NCBI GenBank assembly: GCA_028707005.1 | Contig: JAQTVB010000003.1 | Location: forward strand, 1-63,877 | Direction: 5' to 3' | DNA: 63,877 nt | Source: Patescibacteria group bacterium | GTDB lineage: Bacteria; Patescibacteriota; Patescibacteriia; Patescibacteriales; GWC2-42-12 | Shown: positions 34,296-43,700 of the stretch, piece by piece | Layout of the letters: each line of letters begins with the position of its first letter | How positions within the stretch are numbered: position 1 is the stretch's first letter | The notes under the pieces: generated by a model | Told to the model about the DNA's origin: nothing | The model's input: the letters and a program-made list of their open reading frames with translations, nothing else | The model's database searches: none | Made by a program: the position numbers and the translations under genes

Positions 34296-34358
34296 AAGGA
34301 GGCCTGGTAGCGCGTGCTACAAGGGCTCTTTTTAAAACTCAACGAAAGAGAACGGAAA
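34296..34358 (+). promoter_or_regulatory. Conserved leader: AAGGAGG embedded in a terminator-like hairpin + CTCTTTTTAAA
   Basis: Stem 34299-34311 / 34316-34328, U-tract 34329-34333, then AAAGAGAACGGAAAATG. It is homologous to 55124-55188. Confidence 0.5.
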
Positions 34359-34901
34359 ATGAACATACCATATTCACATATTATCGCGGTGCCTGCTCGT
34401 CAGGCAACAGTGGATCAACCTCTTATGGCTAAGCTGGCGAAACAAATGCTGTTTTTGAGAAAGCAGAGTTGCTTTTTGGTCGCAATGCCGGAGGGGGAGG
34501 AGCCTGCAGTGACTCAAACCGCCGAGCTTTTGTCCACGGAATTGCAGCGCCTCGAACTTTTAATCAAAAAACAGGATGCCCCATTCAATCCGTCTCCGGC
34601 CAGTTCAACCGTGACTGACGAGAAAACCAAAGCCCTGATCCAGCAAGCGCTTGATCTCTCCGCTCCCGGAGACCAAGCCAAGGCCCTCATTGTCGTGGCA
34701 GACCTTGAATATGCTCAGAAAATGGCTCGGATCATTCTCTGGGACTTTCTAGGCAATCACACAATCCAGAGGCGGCTTGACCAAAGTCTTTCACCTGGTG
34801 AAGCGGTAGTAGTTAATTGCCGGCGTCAAAGCAGAGACACACTTCACCCGGAAGGATACGAGGCCTGGGCAGCCGCGACACTGGCCGCCCCCATTGTTTG
34901 A
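34359..34901 (+). CDS. Hypothetical protein (180 aa from ATG 34359; 195 aa if GTG 34314 is used)
   Basis: The ORF is flanked by the 80-nt direct repeats. No confident family; only a faint histidine-phosphatase-like layout that lacks RHG. Confidence 0.4.
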   Translation: MNIPYSHIIAVPARQATVDQPLMAKLAKQMLFLRKQSCFLVAMPEGEEPAVTQTAELLSTELQRLELLIKKQDAPFNPSPASSTVTDEKTKALIQQALDLSAPGDQAKALIVVADLEYAQKMARIILWDFLGNHTIQRRLDQSLSPGEAVVVNCRRQSRDTLHPEGYEAWAAATLAAPIV

Positions 34902-34971
34902 TGAGACTATTCGTGACATCATTAAGGCCTATAATATTAAGGAGCAGTAGGCCTGGCGCTTTTCAGAATGC

Positions 34972-35050
34972 ACTTCACCTCGCGGTTCAGCACACCGCGA
35001 GTTTTTTTATCTAAAATTAGATATTTTTGCGGCTAATTTTAGGCTAAGCC
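34972..35050 (+). repeat. 80-nt direct repeat, copy C2
   Basis: See copy C1. Terminator hairpin at 34979-35008. Confidence 0.9.
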
Positions 35051-35085
35051 TTGACAAGATTATTTAGTTATGATAAGCTGTAAAG

Positions 35086-35258
35086 TTAACTTAAATAATC
35101 CCCCTAGCCCCCTTTATCAAGGGGGTAAAAGGTAAGGCCAATTTAAGCGGGCCAGGCACGACAAGCATGGGGATTTTCTTGTAAGGTATAACATGGTTTC
35201 TAACTGTGTTCTGCCTTGCGGAAATTTTCTTGCCTGCCCGCTTAAGCTGGTCTTTTTT
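35086..35258 (+). ncRNA. Candidate structured small RNA (~170 nt); class unknown
   Basis: There is no ORF. Upstream is TTGACA-N17(TG)-TAAGCT (35051-35079). A ~19-bp closing helix (35138-35158 / 35231-35250) encloses hairpins 35161-35182 and 35183-35217, followed by a U-tract at 35252-35257. Confidence 0.3.
35097..35125 (+). repeat. 30-nt palindromic element, copy 4 (non-coding, inside the candidate RNA)
   Basis: AATCCCCCTAGCCCCCTTTATCAAGGGGG. Confidence 0.9.
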
Positions 35259-35316
35259 ATTTTTTAAAATTAACGAAGAATGGCAGACAGATTAGGAATT
35301 AGGAATTAGAAATTTT

Positions 35317-35349
35317 AAAAACTGCCCTGGCTATGGGGCAGTTTTTTTT
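35317..35349. terminator. Bidirectional terminator (VanW gene / island C)
   Basis: ACTGCCC / GGGCAGT stem with a T8 run on the plus strand and a T5 run on the minus strand. Confidence 0.6.
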
Positions 35350-37234
35350 AATTCTGGCTAGGAGTTGAACTGGCCGTGCCGTCGGGCGGTCCGCCGGCTG
35401 GCGGAGATAATTGCTCTACGCCCAACAGGCAGACTTCCTGCCAGGGAACATAATGAGAAGAAAATTTAGTTTTTTTAACTTCGCCGCTCGGATAAGTAAC
35501 GGCGTAATCAAAATAAGCGTCAGCGCCGTTATGGGCCTGTTCGGTGCATTTTTTCTCGCCCGGCTTTAAATCCAGAGTTTCAACGATTTTCGCCGGCGCC
35601 GGCTTAACAATATTGTAAATTGTCGATTTGGTTTTTTCCACCAGCCGGCCGTCGCGCGTGCCCCAAAATTCATAAGCCAGCGTGCTGGTGCCGACTTTTG
35701 TTTGAATCAGAATATGAGTGGGCGTATCATTGATAAAGCGAAAATCCGGCCAAGGATCATAAATCGTGGCGTCGGTGCCGGCCGGCTCGTAATAGCTAAC
35801 GCGGTAGGAGTGGTTGCGCCGCATGGTTATGGGCAAGCCGCTGTCTAAAGCCGCGCGGAACATCGTAGTGCCGACCTGGCATAAGCCCCCGCCGTATTCC
35901 GGCGTGGTTTTATTTTCTTTGATAACTAATTCCGGCAAATAGCCGGTGTCGCCGCCCACCTTTCCCAAAGCCCGATTCAGCGAGAATTCTTGTCCCGGCT
36001 TAATCAGCAAGCCGTTGATAGTATTGCTGCCGACCTTGATATTATGTTTTCGGTTTGCCGGCGAGCCGGTAAAGTTGGATGTGCCGATGCCGATAATTTC
36101 TTTAATGCCCAGATTATTGGTTTGGCCGGCGTTGGATAAGGTCGGCTTAACGTTAACGACCAATTCAATTTTGCCGTTTTGTCCGCCGCCGTTGGCGAGC
36201 TGGCTGTCAATCTTTTTAAAACTGGCCGCAACGTCCAGCGCCAATCCATCCTGGCCGTTTTGGAATTCGGTTACTCGGCCATCCGTTATTGCGAATTTAG
36301 CTTCAATCGGTTCTTGATCTATGGCAGAGGAGATTTCTTCAGCAAGATAATCTTTGAATTTATCTTCATCCAATCCCACGCCAACCCGATCAATGTCCGA
36401 ATCGGTTTGTCTTAAGGCAAGCATTTGCGCAAACAAGTCCTGGCTGATGGGCCATTCTTTTTCACCGCGCGTTAATGCAAGGGGCGCGAGATTTAGAAAG
36501 GCGGCGGCTTTTGCTTCAATGTTTAAACAATCTTTTGTTAAAATGCGCGGATATTGGGTGATCGTCGCTAGACCGATCGGCGCGGGATTGAGATTCGCCA
36601 AGTTGGCCGTTAAGATCGCGATAGCTTCGTTATAATCAATGGTTTTTCCGTATTTTTCGCCAGTGATAATAAATTCATAATTATCCCCCGGAGTTTTGTT
36701 TGCCGCCAGGCCGGCGTTTTTAGCCGGTTCGTCAAAGCTGGAAAAATTATCCTTTAATATTTTTACCACGCTCTCTTCGTTTATTAAAATCGGCATCGCA
36801 AACCGTTCTTTTTTAAAAAGCGCCAGCAGCTGTTCGGTTAGTTTTTTAAAAAAATCGTCGTTTCGGCCATAATAAAAAGCCGAGTCTACCGCCTGGTCGG
36901 CGTTAAAGCTGATTAATTGATGGGCTATGCTGCCGTCAGCCGAGGCGATTACCGGCATAACGGCGATGCGGCGATTTTTGTATGAAAAAACGATGCCGTG
37001 CTGATTAATCTCATCAATTCGCCGGTTAATCAGGCGCTTGGCCGCTTCAGCCGATTGTCCGCTTAAATCAAGATCGCCAACCATGATATTGGGGTAGATT
37101 TTATTTTTAAACATGCCATCGTAAACAATCAAGCCGGCGGCAGCGGAAAAAAACAAAATAAAAAAAATGATTGCTAATACAAGCAACCACCGCGGCGTTT
37201 GATCATTTTGCTTGGCTGGAATGAAGTTCAACAT
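35348..37234 (-). CDS. VanW-family protein (membrane-anchored)
   Basis: N-terminal TM and the C-terminal VanW motif region GGGLCQVGTTMFRAALDSGLPITMRRNHSY. Confidence 0.75.
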   Translation of the reverse strand: MLNFIPAKQNDQTPRWLLVLAIIFFILFFSAAAGLIVYDGMFKNKIYPNIMVGDLDLSGQSAEAAKRLINRRIDEINQHGIVFSYKNRRIAVMPVIASADGSIAHQLISFNADQAVDSAFYYGRNDDFFKKLTEQLLALFKKERFAMPILINEESVVKILKDNFSSFDEPAKNAGLAANKTPGDNYEFIITGEKYGKTIDYNEAIAILTANLANLNPAPIGLATITQYPRILTKDCLNIEAKAAAFLNLAPLALTRGEKEWPISQDLFAQMLALRQTDSDIDRVGVGLDEDKFKDYLAEEISSAIDQEPIEAKFAITDGRVTEFQNGQDGLALDVAASFKKIDSQLANGGGQNGKIELVVNVKPTLSNAGQTNNLGIKEIIGIGTSNFTGSPANRKHNIKVGSNTINGLLIKPGQEFSLNRALGKVGGDTGYLPELVIKENKTTPEYGGGLCQVGTTMFRAALDSGLPITMRRNHSYRVSYYEPAGTDATIYDPWPDFRFINDTPTHILIQTKVGTSTLAYEFWGTRDGRLVEKTKSTIYNIVKPAPAKIVETLDLKPGEKKCTEQAHNGADAYFDYAVTYPSGEVKKTKFSSHYVPWQEVCLLGVEQLSPPAGGPPDGTASSTPSQN

Positions 37235-37236
37235 TT

Positions 37237-37452
37237 TTACGGTTGGCCAATGATTTCGTTGAGAATCTCTTTGGCCGTTTGCTTATCTTTGATTTCGCGT
37301 TCCCGCTCTTCAAGAATTTCAAAATTCAGAGCAGAGCCCTCGCGTGAATTGGGCGGCAATTGATTTTTCGGCCAAACAATCATTTGACCGTCGCTAGCAA
37401 CTAGGACGGTCTGGCCTCCTTCAAAGCGATCTATGGTAAGTCTTATTATCAT
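37237..37452 (-). CDS. DUF3006-like small protein
   Basis: MIIRLTIDRFEGGQTVLVASDGQMIVWPKNQLP matches the DUF3006 pattern. The gene is translationally adjacent to the VanW gene. Confidence 0.55.
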   Translation of the reverse strand: MIIRLTIDRFEGGQTVLVASDGQMIVWPKNQLPPNSREGSALNFEILEEREREIKDKQTAKEILNEIIGQP

Positions 37453-37541
37453 AATAAAATATAATTTAATATAATCCTAATCTACGAATCAAAATCCGAA
37501 TCTACAAATAATGCCAAAAATATTCGTAGATTAGATTTTTT

Positions 37542-37997
37542 TTATTTCTCTCTTACTTTAATGGAAATCTGCTTGGCGCTTTTCGCTTTGGGCAAAGTAA
37601 CAGTAAGGACGCCGTTGTCCAGAGCGGCCTCCACCTTTTCCGCCTCCACTTCAACCGGCAGGATGACGGAGCGGGAAAAACCGCCCCAGTAACATTCTTT
37701 GATCAAATAGTTGTCTTCCTTGATTATTTCCGTTTCTTCGCGTTTGCCCCGAATAGTAAGCATGTCATTATTGATGGAAATATCAATATCCGCAGGCTTG
37801 ACCCCGGCGATAGTTGACTTAACAACAAGTTTGTCCGGCGTTTGATAAACATCTATGGAGAGCTGGCCTTCGTCATAGTCGCCGCCCAGCCATTCTTGCT
37901 CTTCGGACGGTTCTATTTTTATTTTTTTGGTTTCTTCTTCCGCCGCCGAATCATTTTTGCCGCTTAAACCGGCAAGTTTTTTAAAAATATTGGCCAT
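37542..37997 (-). CDS. Hsp20/alpha-crystallin small heat-shock protein
   Basis: Alpha-crystallin domain: ...LSIDVYQTPDKLVVKSTIAGVKPADIDISINNDMLTIRGKRE...GVLTVTLPK. Confidence 0.85.
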   Translation of the reverse strand: MANIFKKLAGLSGKNDSAAEEETKKIKIEPSEEQEWLGGDYDEGQLSIDVYQTPDKLVVKSTIAGVKPADIDISINNDMLTIRGKREETEIIKEDNYLIKECYWGGFSRSVILPVEVEAEKVEAALDNGVLTVTLPKAKSAKQISIKVREK

Positions 37998-38141
37998 AAA
38001 TTTATGAGTCCAGTAATTAAAACTTATGTCTGTATTATACTATATATATTAATACTTTCAAGGGGAGCGGGTTTTTGCCCGCCTTGAAAGCGGTACGCAG
38101 CCTTACTTTACAAAAAAATTAAATGAATATAGAATAAGACC

Positions 38142-39188
38142 ATGGATTTAGAGTCAAAAAATCAAGCCGGCCCATCGGTCAAAAAAACGGTTTTTTCCGG
38201 AGTGCAGCCTTCGGGCATTTTGCATTTGGGCAATTATTTGGGCGCTTTGGCTCAATGGGTGGAAATGCAGAGTAAGTACCACTGCATTTTTTGCGTGGTT
38301 GATTATCATGCCATCACGGTTAAACAAAAGCCGGAGGAGTTATCGCGGCGCATTTTGGACGTGGTAAAAATATACTTGGCTTCGGGCATTAATCCGGAAA
38401 AGGCGGTGATTTTCCGCCAATCAGACGTCAAGGCTCATGTTGAGCTGGCCTGGATTTTAAATTGCGCGGCGGCTCGCATGGCCGATTTGAATAAAATGAC
38501 CCAGTTTAAGGAGAAGGGAGCTAATAAAGAGTCGGTGAGCGTCGGCCTGTTTGACTACCCGGTTTTAATGGCCGCAGACATTTTATTATACAATACCGAT
38601 TTAGTGCCGGTGGGAGAGGATCAAGTGCAGCACGTGGAATTGACCAGAACCTTGGCGAGCAGGTTTAACCGCGATTATGGCCAGGTGTTTAAAATTCCGG
38701 CCGTGGCGGTAAGAAAACAAGGCGCGCGCATTATGGGCTTAGATGATCCGACTAAAAAGATGAGTAAGAGCGCCAGTTCGCCGGCCAACTATATCGCTTT
38801 GACCGATACGCCGGAAGCCGCGGCCAAGAAAATCAAGCGCGCGGTTACCGATTCGGGCAAAGAGATAAAATTTGACCAAAACAAGAAGCCGGCCATTGCC
38901 AATTTACTGACAATTTATTCGCTGTTAAGCGGCCTGAGCTTTAAAGAGCTGGAAGAGAAATATCGGGGCCAGGGTCCCGCCTATGCCGGAGCTTCGGCGG
39001 GCAAGTATGGCGAGTTTAAAAATGATTTGGCCGAAGAGGTAAGAAAGTTTCTTGTTGAATTCCAGATTAAGTACCGCGGTTTTACCGATGATGAAGTGAG
39101 GGAGATTTTACAAGACGGCGCGGATAGAGTAAGGCCGATCGCTCAAGAGACTTTAAATAAAGTGAAAAATAAATTAGGAATAAATTAA
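38142..39188 (+). CDS. trpS: Tryptophan--tRNA ligase
   Basis: FSGVQPSGILHLGNYLGA (HIGH-type) and KMSKS. Class Ic length. Confidence 0.9.
   Translation: MDLESKNQAGPSVKKTVFSGVQPSGILHLGNYLGALAQWVEMQSKYHCIFCVVDYHAITVKQKPEELSRRILDVVKIYLASGINPEKAVIFRQSDVKAHVELAWILNCAAARMADLNKMTQFKEKGANKESVSVGLFDYPVLMAADILLYNTDLVPVGEDQVQHVELTRTLASRFNRDYGQVFKIPAVAVRKQGARIMGLDDPTKKMSKSASSPANYIALTDTPEAAAKKIKRAVTDSGKEIKFDQNKKPAIANLLTIYSLLSGLSFKELEEKYRGQGPAYAGASAGKYGEFKNDLAEEVRKFLVEFQIKYRGFTDDEVREILQDGADRVRPIAQETLNKVKNKLGIN
38976..39001. repeat. GC hairpin (CCCGCC...GGCGGG) in frame within trpS
   Basis: cccgcctatgccggagcttcggcggg encodes PAYAGASAG, inserted in the G(x)G-YGxFK region. Confidence 0.7.
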
Positions 39189-39207
39189 TATAAGATTATT
39201 GTGATTT

Positions 39208-39273
39208 TTGGGATATTTAAGATTTTTAGGATTTAGTCGCTAGTGAGTATCTTAAAAATCTTAAATATCCCAA
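39208..39273. repeat. 21-bp perfect inverted repeat built from spacer words
   Basis: TTGGGATATTTAAGATTTTTA (39208-39228) / TAAAAATCTTAAATATCCCAA (39253-39273). Confidence 0.95.
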
Positions 39274-39286
39274 CAATCCCAACTTT

Positions 39287-40525
39287 ATGGCGAACCAATT
39301 AAAAGGAGCGGTTAATCAGTTAAATAAAGTCGCGCAGATTATGGGTTTGACCTGCGATGAGCTGGAAATTTTAAGAAGGCCGGATCGCGTGCTGGAGGTT
39401 TCTTTGCCTGTTTTAATGGATAATGGGCGAATGAAAGTCTTTACCGGGTATCGCGTGCAATATAACAATATCCGCGGGCCGTATAAGGGCGGCATCCGTT
39501 TTCATCCCCGGGTGAACTTAGACGAGGTTAAGGCCCTGGCTTTCTGGATGACCATCAAATGCGCTGTGGCCGATATTCCTTACGGCGGCGGCAAGGGCGG
39601 TATAGCGGTTAATCCGAAAATTTTAAGCCGCGGCGAGCTGGAACGTTTGACGCGCGCTTATACCAGGGGCTTTGCCGATTTCATCGGGCCGAAGACCGAT
39701 ATCCCGGCGCCGGATGTCGGTACCACTCCGCAAATCATGGCCTGGCTGATGGATGAATACAGCCATATTAACGGCGAGAACATACCGGCTGTGGTTACCG
39801 GCAAGCCGGTGGAAGTCGGCGGCTCGTTGGGGCGAGAGACTGCTACCGGTTTGGGCGGCTTTTATGTCTTGGAACAAGTTTTAAGCAAAATGAAGATGGC
39901 CAAAAGCAAAACCAGCGTGGCGGTCCAAGGCTTTGGCAACGTGGGCATGAATTTCGCTTTGATCGCTTATCGCGCCGGCTATAAAATCGTGGCGGTTTCC
40001 GATTCTCGCGGCGGCATTTATAACGCCAGCGGCCTGAATTTGGCAGAGGTTTTAGCGCATAAGCAAGCGACCGGCAGCGTGGTTGATTTCAATAAAGCTA
40101 AAAATATTACCAATGAAAAATTATTGGAGTTGCCGGTAGAGGTTGTTGTGCCGGCCGCTTTAGAAAATGTTATCAGCGAACAAAACGCCGGCCGGATTAA
40201 AGCTAAAATCATTTTGGAGCTGGCCAACGGGCCGACTATGGAGTCGGCCGAAGCCAAGCTTAATAAAAAAGGCGTTTTGGTCGTGCCGGACGTTTTAGCC
40301 AATGGCGGCGGCGTGATCGCTTCTTACTTTGAGTGGGTACAGAATATCAGGCAGTACTATTGGGATCAGGACAAGGTTGAGGCTAGGTTGAAAGAAAAAA
40401 TTGTCGCGGCTTTTGAAAAAGTCTGGCAGACCATGGAAGCGGGCGGCAACCGTGAAATGAGAAATGCGGCTTATATCGTGGCGGTGGAAAGATTGGTCAA
40501 AGCGCTCAGAACCCGGGGAATATAG
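39287..40525 (+). CDS. gdhA: Glutamate dehydrogenase (Glu/Leu/Phe/Val dehydrogenase family)
   Basis: GPYKGGIRFHP, ADIPYGGGKGGI and the NAD(P) motif QGFGNVG. Confidence 0.9.
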   Translation: MANQLKGAVNQLNKVAQIMGLTCDELEILRRPDRVLEVSLPVLMDNGRMKVFTGYRVQYNNIRGPYKGGIRFHPRVNLDEVKALAFWMTIKCAVADIPYGGGKGGIAVNPKILSRGELERLTRAYTRGFADFIGPKTDIPAPDVGTTPQIMAWLMDEYSHINGENIPAVVTGKPVEVGGSLGRETATGLGGFYVLEQVLSKMKMAKSKTSVAVQGFGNVGMNFALIAYRAGYKIVAVSDSRGGIYNASGLNLAEVLAHKQATGSVVDFNKAKNITNEKLLELPVEVVVPAALENVISEQNAGRIKAKIILELANGPTMESAEAKLNKKGVLVVPDVLANGGGVIASYFEWVQNIRQYYWDQDKVEARLKEKIVAAFEKVWQTMEAGGNREMRNAAYIVAVERLVKALRTRGI

Positions 40526-40770
40526 GGGAAGAGAAAATTCCTAATTCCTAATTCCTAATGGCTAATAAAATTTCCAAATTCCAATTTTCAGCGACCAATA
40601 TACGATAGCCGATGAAACTGTTAAATTATTATGGCCAATGATTGATAAAATTGCGGACTCCAAGATAAATTTTAAAAATAAATCGCCCACTCTACTCTTG
40701 TCTTGACATAATTTGATAATGGTGTAAAAATGCTGGGTTAAGCTCAATAAATTTACCCTTATCATTTATT

Positions 40771-43700
40771 ATGCATCATATGAAAAGTAAGCGAATTTTC
40801 GCCGTTGGTATAATTTTTGTCACCGTTCTGTCAATGAGCGTGGTAACGGCCCCTACGGCCCAAGCCGCCGCTTCAACCGGCGACTTAATTAAAATAGCCG
40901 GGACTTCCTCCGTTTATTATTTGACCAACGGCAAGAGGTATGTTTTTCCCAATGAGCAAATCTATTTTTCCTGGTACTCTGATTTCTCTGGAGTTAAGAC
41001 CATTTCTAAAACGGAATTAGCATCATATCCTTTGGGGGCCAATATTACTATTAGGCCGGGCACTAAGTTGGTCAAAATAACCACTGATCCCAAAGTCTGG
41101 GCGGTTGCTCCCAATGGCGAATTAAAATGGATTTCCAGCGAAGCCACGGCCGCCACTTTGTATGGCGCCGACTGGGCAAAAAGAGTTATCGACATGCCTG
41201 ATAGTTTTATTGGGGATTATAGAGTTAATGGAGTTGCTTATGGGCGAAAAACCGATGCGGATGTTGCTACTTCAAAAGTGACTACCATGGCCTATCCTCA
41301 GGGCAGTTTAGTCAAGTATGCAGGCTCAACCGATATTTATTACATCAATGTTGATGGTTCGGCTTCTAAAATTACCTCTTCTTCAGCTTTCTCGGCCAAT
41401 CGTTTTAAATGGTCTGATGTGGTTACGGCCCAAATTGATAAACCGGCCGAAAGCGCGGCGATTTCTGGGAAAGTGCCGGCTTTGGTGCAAACTTACACCA
41501 ATACCGACCAAGATGATGATATCGTTTCTTCATTAGTAAGTATTGCCATTACCACGCCGGCTACCAAAACGATTTACCAAGTTGGCGACTCATTGTCAGT
41601 GGAAGGGTTGGCAGTGAGCGGCAAATACAGCGACCAGACCACCAAGATTTTACTAATCAGCGCCGCCAACATTACCGGTTTTAACAGTTCGGCGCCGATC
41701 GCCAGCCAAACTCTTACTATTACTTATAGCGGCAAAACAGCGACTTATAAGGTTAAAATAAACGCGGCGTCAGCTTTGTCCAGTATTGCCATTACCACGC
41801 CGGCCACCAAAACGATTTACCAAGTTGGCGACTCATTGTCAGTGGAAGGGTTGGCAGTGAGCGGCAAATACAGCGATCAGACCACTAAGATTTTACCAAT
41901 CAGCGCCGCCAACATTACCGGTTTTGACAGTTCGGCGCCGGACGCCAGCCAAGCTCTTACTATTACCTACGGCGGCAAGACAGCGGCCTATACAATCAAG
42001 ATTAACGCGGCGCCGGTCGTGCCATCATTAAATTCGGCGTCAAATGTTGTTTCGGTTTTTGCGTTTGACGAAGAAGAATACAATAAAATTTCCTTGTCTT
42101 GGCGTGCCGCCAGCTCTAGCGGAGGTTTAATCTTGGGCGGTTATCGGATTTACCGTGATGGGTCTAAAATCTACGATTTGGCCGCGACTGCTAACAGCAT
42201 TATTGATTACGCAAATACTAGTTACGGGTTTAATGCCAATACGCAATATTGCTATGTTGTTGAGGCTCACGATTCAACTAATCAATATTTCGCTTCTAGC
42301 ACGCCTAGTTGTGTAATAACGCCACAAAACTCGCTGGTGCCAACGCCTACCAATGCGGTAGCGACGATGTTCGGGCCAACACAAGTTAAGCTAACTTGGG
42401 ACTCTGGCAGTCAATCAGGCCTTTCTTATGTTGTGCAGAGATTATTTATTTATGGCTGGCGAAACATAGTAAATCCGACGTCTGAAACAGCCCAGTCTTT
42501 TATAGATAGCGATGTTCAAACCGGCAAGACTTATCAATACAGAATTTTTCGTGTTGGAGACTCGGGCGCTTCAGGCTTATCTAATGTTGTGGTTATTACT
42601 GTGCCGTCTGCCGCAGCATTGCCCGGCGCGCCTTTGAATTTTAAAGCGGTTGTATCTGGCCAATCAAGCATGCGTTTGAATTGGGTTGATAACTCCGATA
42701 ACGAGGACGGCTTTAAGGTTGAATCTTTTAATTCGGCCGCCAATTCCTGGCAACTTCTGACTACCCAGACTTCTAATTGGGGCGTTGTTTATCTATCAGG
42801 GTTGCAGCCATCAACTACGTATAGGTTAAGATTATATGCTTATAATGGTTTTGGTTCTTCCTTGGCGGCGGAATTAACCACTGCTACTTTATCTCCACCG
42901 GCCGCTTATTGGACCGCGCCTGATCCAGCCAAGCATCTATTAGTTGTCTATAACTTAGCTTCTCCGGAAAGTGCGGTCATGAAGGATTATTATCTTACTC
43001 ATCGGCCGGGCATTACCTCAGCCAATGTTTTGGGCGTTACTACGGCGACTACCGAAATAATTGACGGGTTAGAATATAAAACTACAATTCAGGATCCGGT
43101 TATCAACTGGCTGCAAAGCCACCCCGACAAGCCTATTAGGTATATCGTCTTAGTGTATGGCATGCCTTCCAGAACTATCGTTCATTTAGAAGCGCCCTAT
43201 TATGGCAGCGGCGGCGTGGGCCAAGCTTTGAGTGAATGTCTATTGACTGCTGGTTTGAAAGAAGGCGCGAAATATCACGCGCCCGAAATAAACGATCACT
43301 ATGCTTCATATCTTGAATATTATCAGCGTTTTACGCCTGAATATTATCAGGGAACAACTGCTTTAGTTACCAGCTTAGATACAGGTTCGGTTGATTCAAC
43401 TAAAGCCTATATTGATAAATTGGCCTCAGTTTACAGTAAGATGGCTCACCCTAACGTAGTTATTTCCGGCCAAGACGCCGGCATCCTAGGATCAACTTAC
43501 TATTTCGATGATGCGCCTAGCGGCGTCACTTGTCCTGGCTCATCATGCGCTAAGCCGGGCCAATGGGCTAAAGACGCGGTTTTGTATGAGAATTCCCAAG
43601 TCTCGGTTGTCAGCGACACGATTAATCATATTGTTGACGCCAGCAATGTTCGGGGTTATCTAAGCTGGGGAGCTAATGGCGGCTTAGGCGCTTATTATCC

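Noticed and set aside
34359-34901. A SixA/histidine-phosphatase-like assignment for the 180-aa island C ORF.
   Set aside because: There is only a faint resemblance in layout (..ALIVVADLEY.., ..GEAVVVN..). There is no RHG motif and no second His region, which is too weak to call.
35086-35258. Identification of the candidate RNA as SRP RNA, 6S, tmRNA or RNase P RNA.
   Set aside because: I could see no domain IV GGAA/AGCA motifs, no tag ORF with a tRNA-like end, and no GAGGAAAGUCC-type RNase P motifs. The class is left unknown.
38056-38092. The hairpin CTTTCAAGG...CCTTGAAAG between hsp20 and trpS as a heat-shock operator (CIRCE or ROSE) or a T-box.
   Set aside because: It does not match the CIRCE consensus (TTAGCACTC-N9-GAGTGCTAA). 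It is too short for a T-box and has no specifier or T-box sequence. It looks like another GC spacer hairpin.
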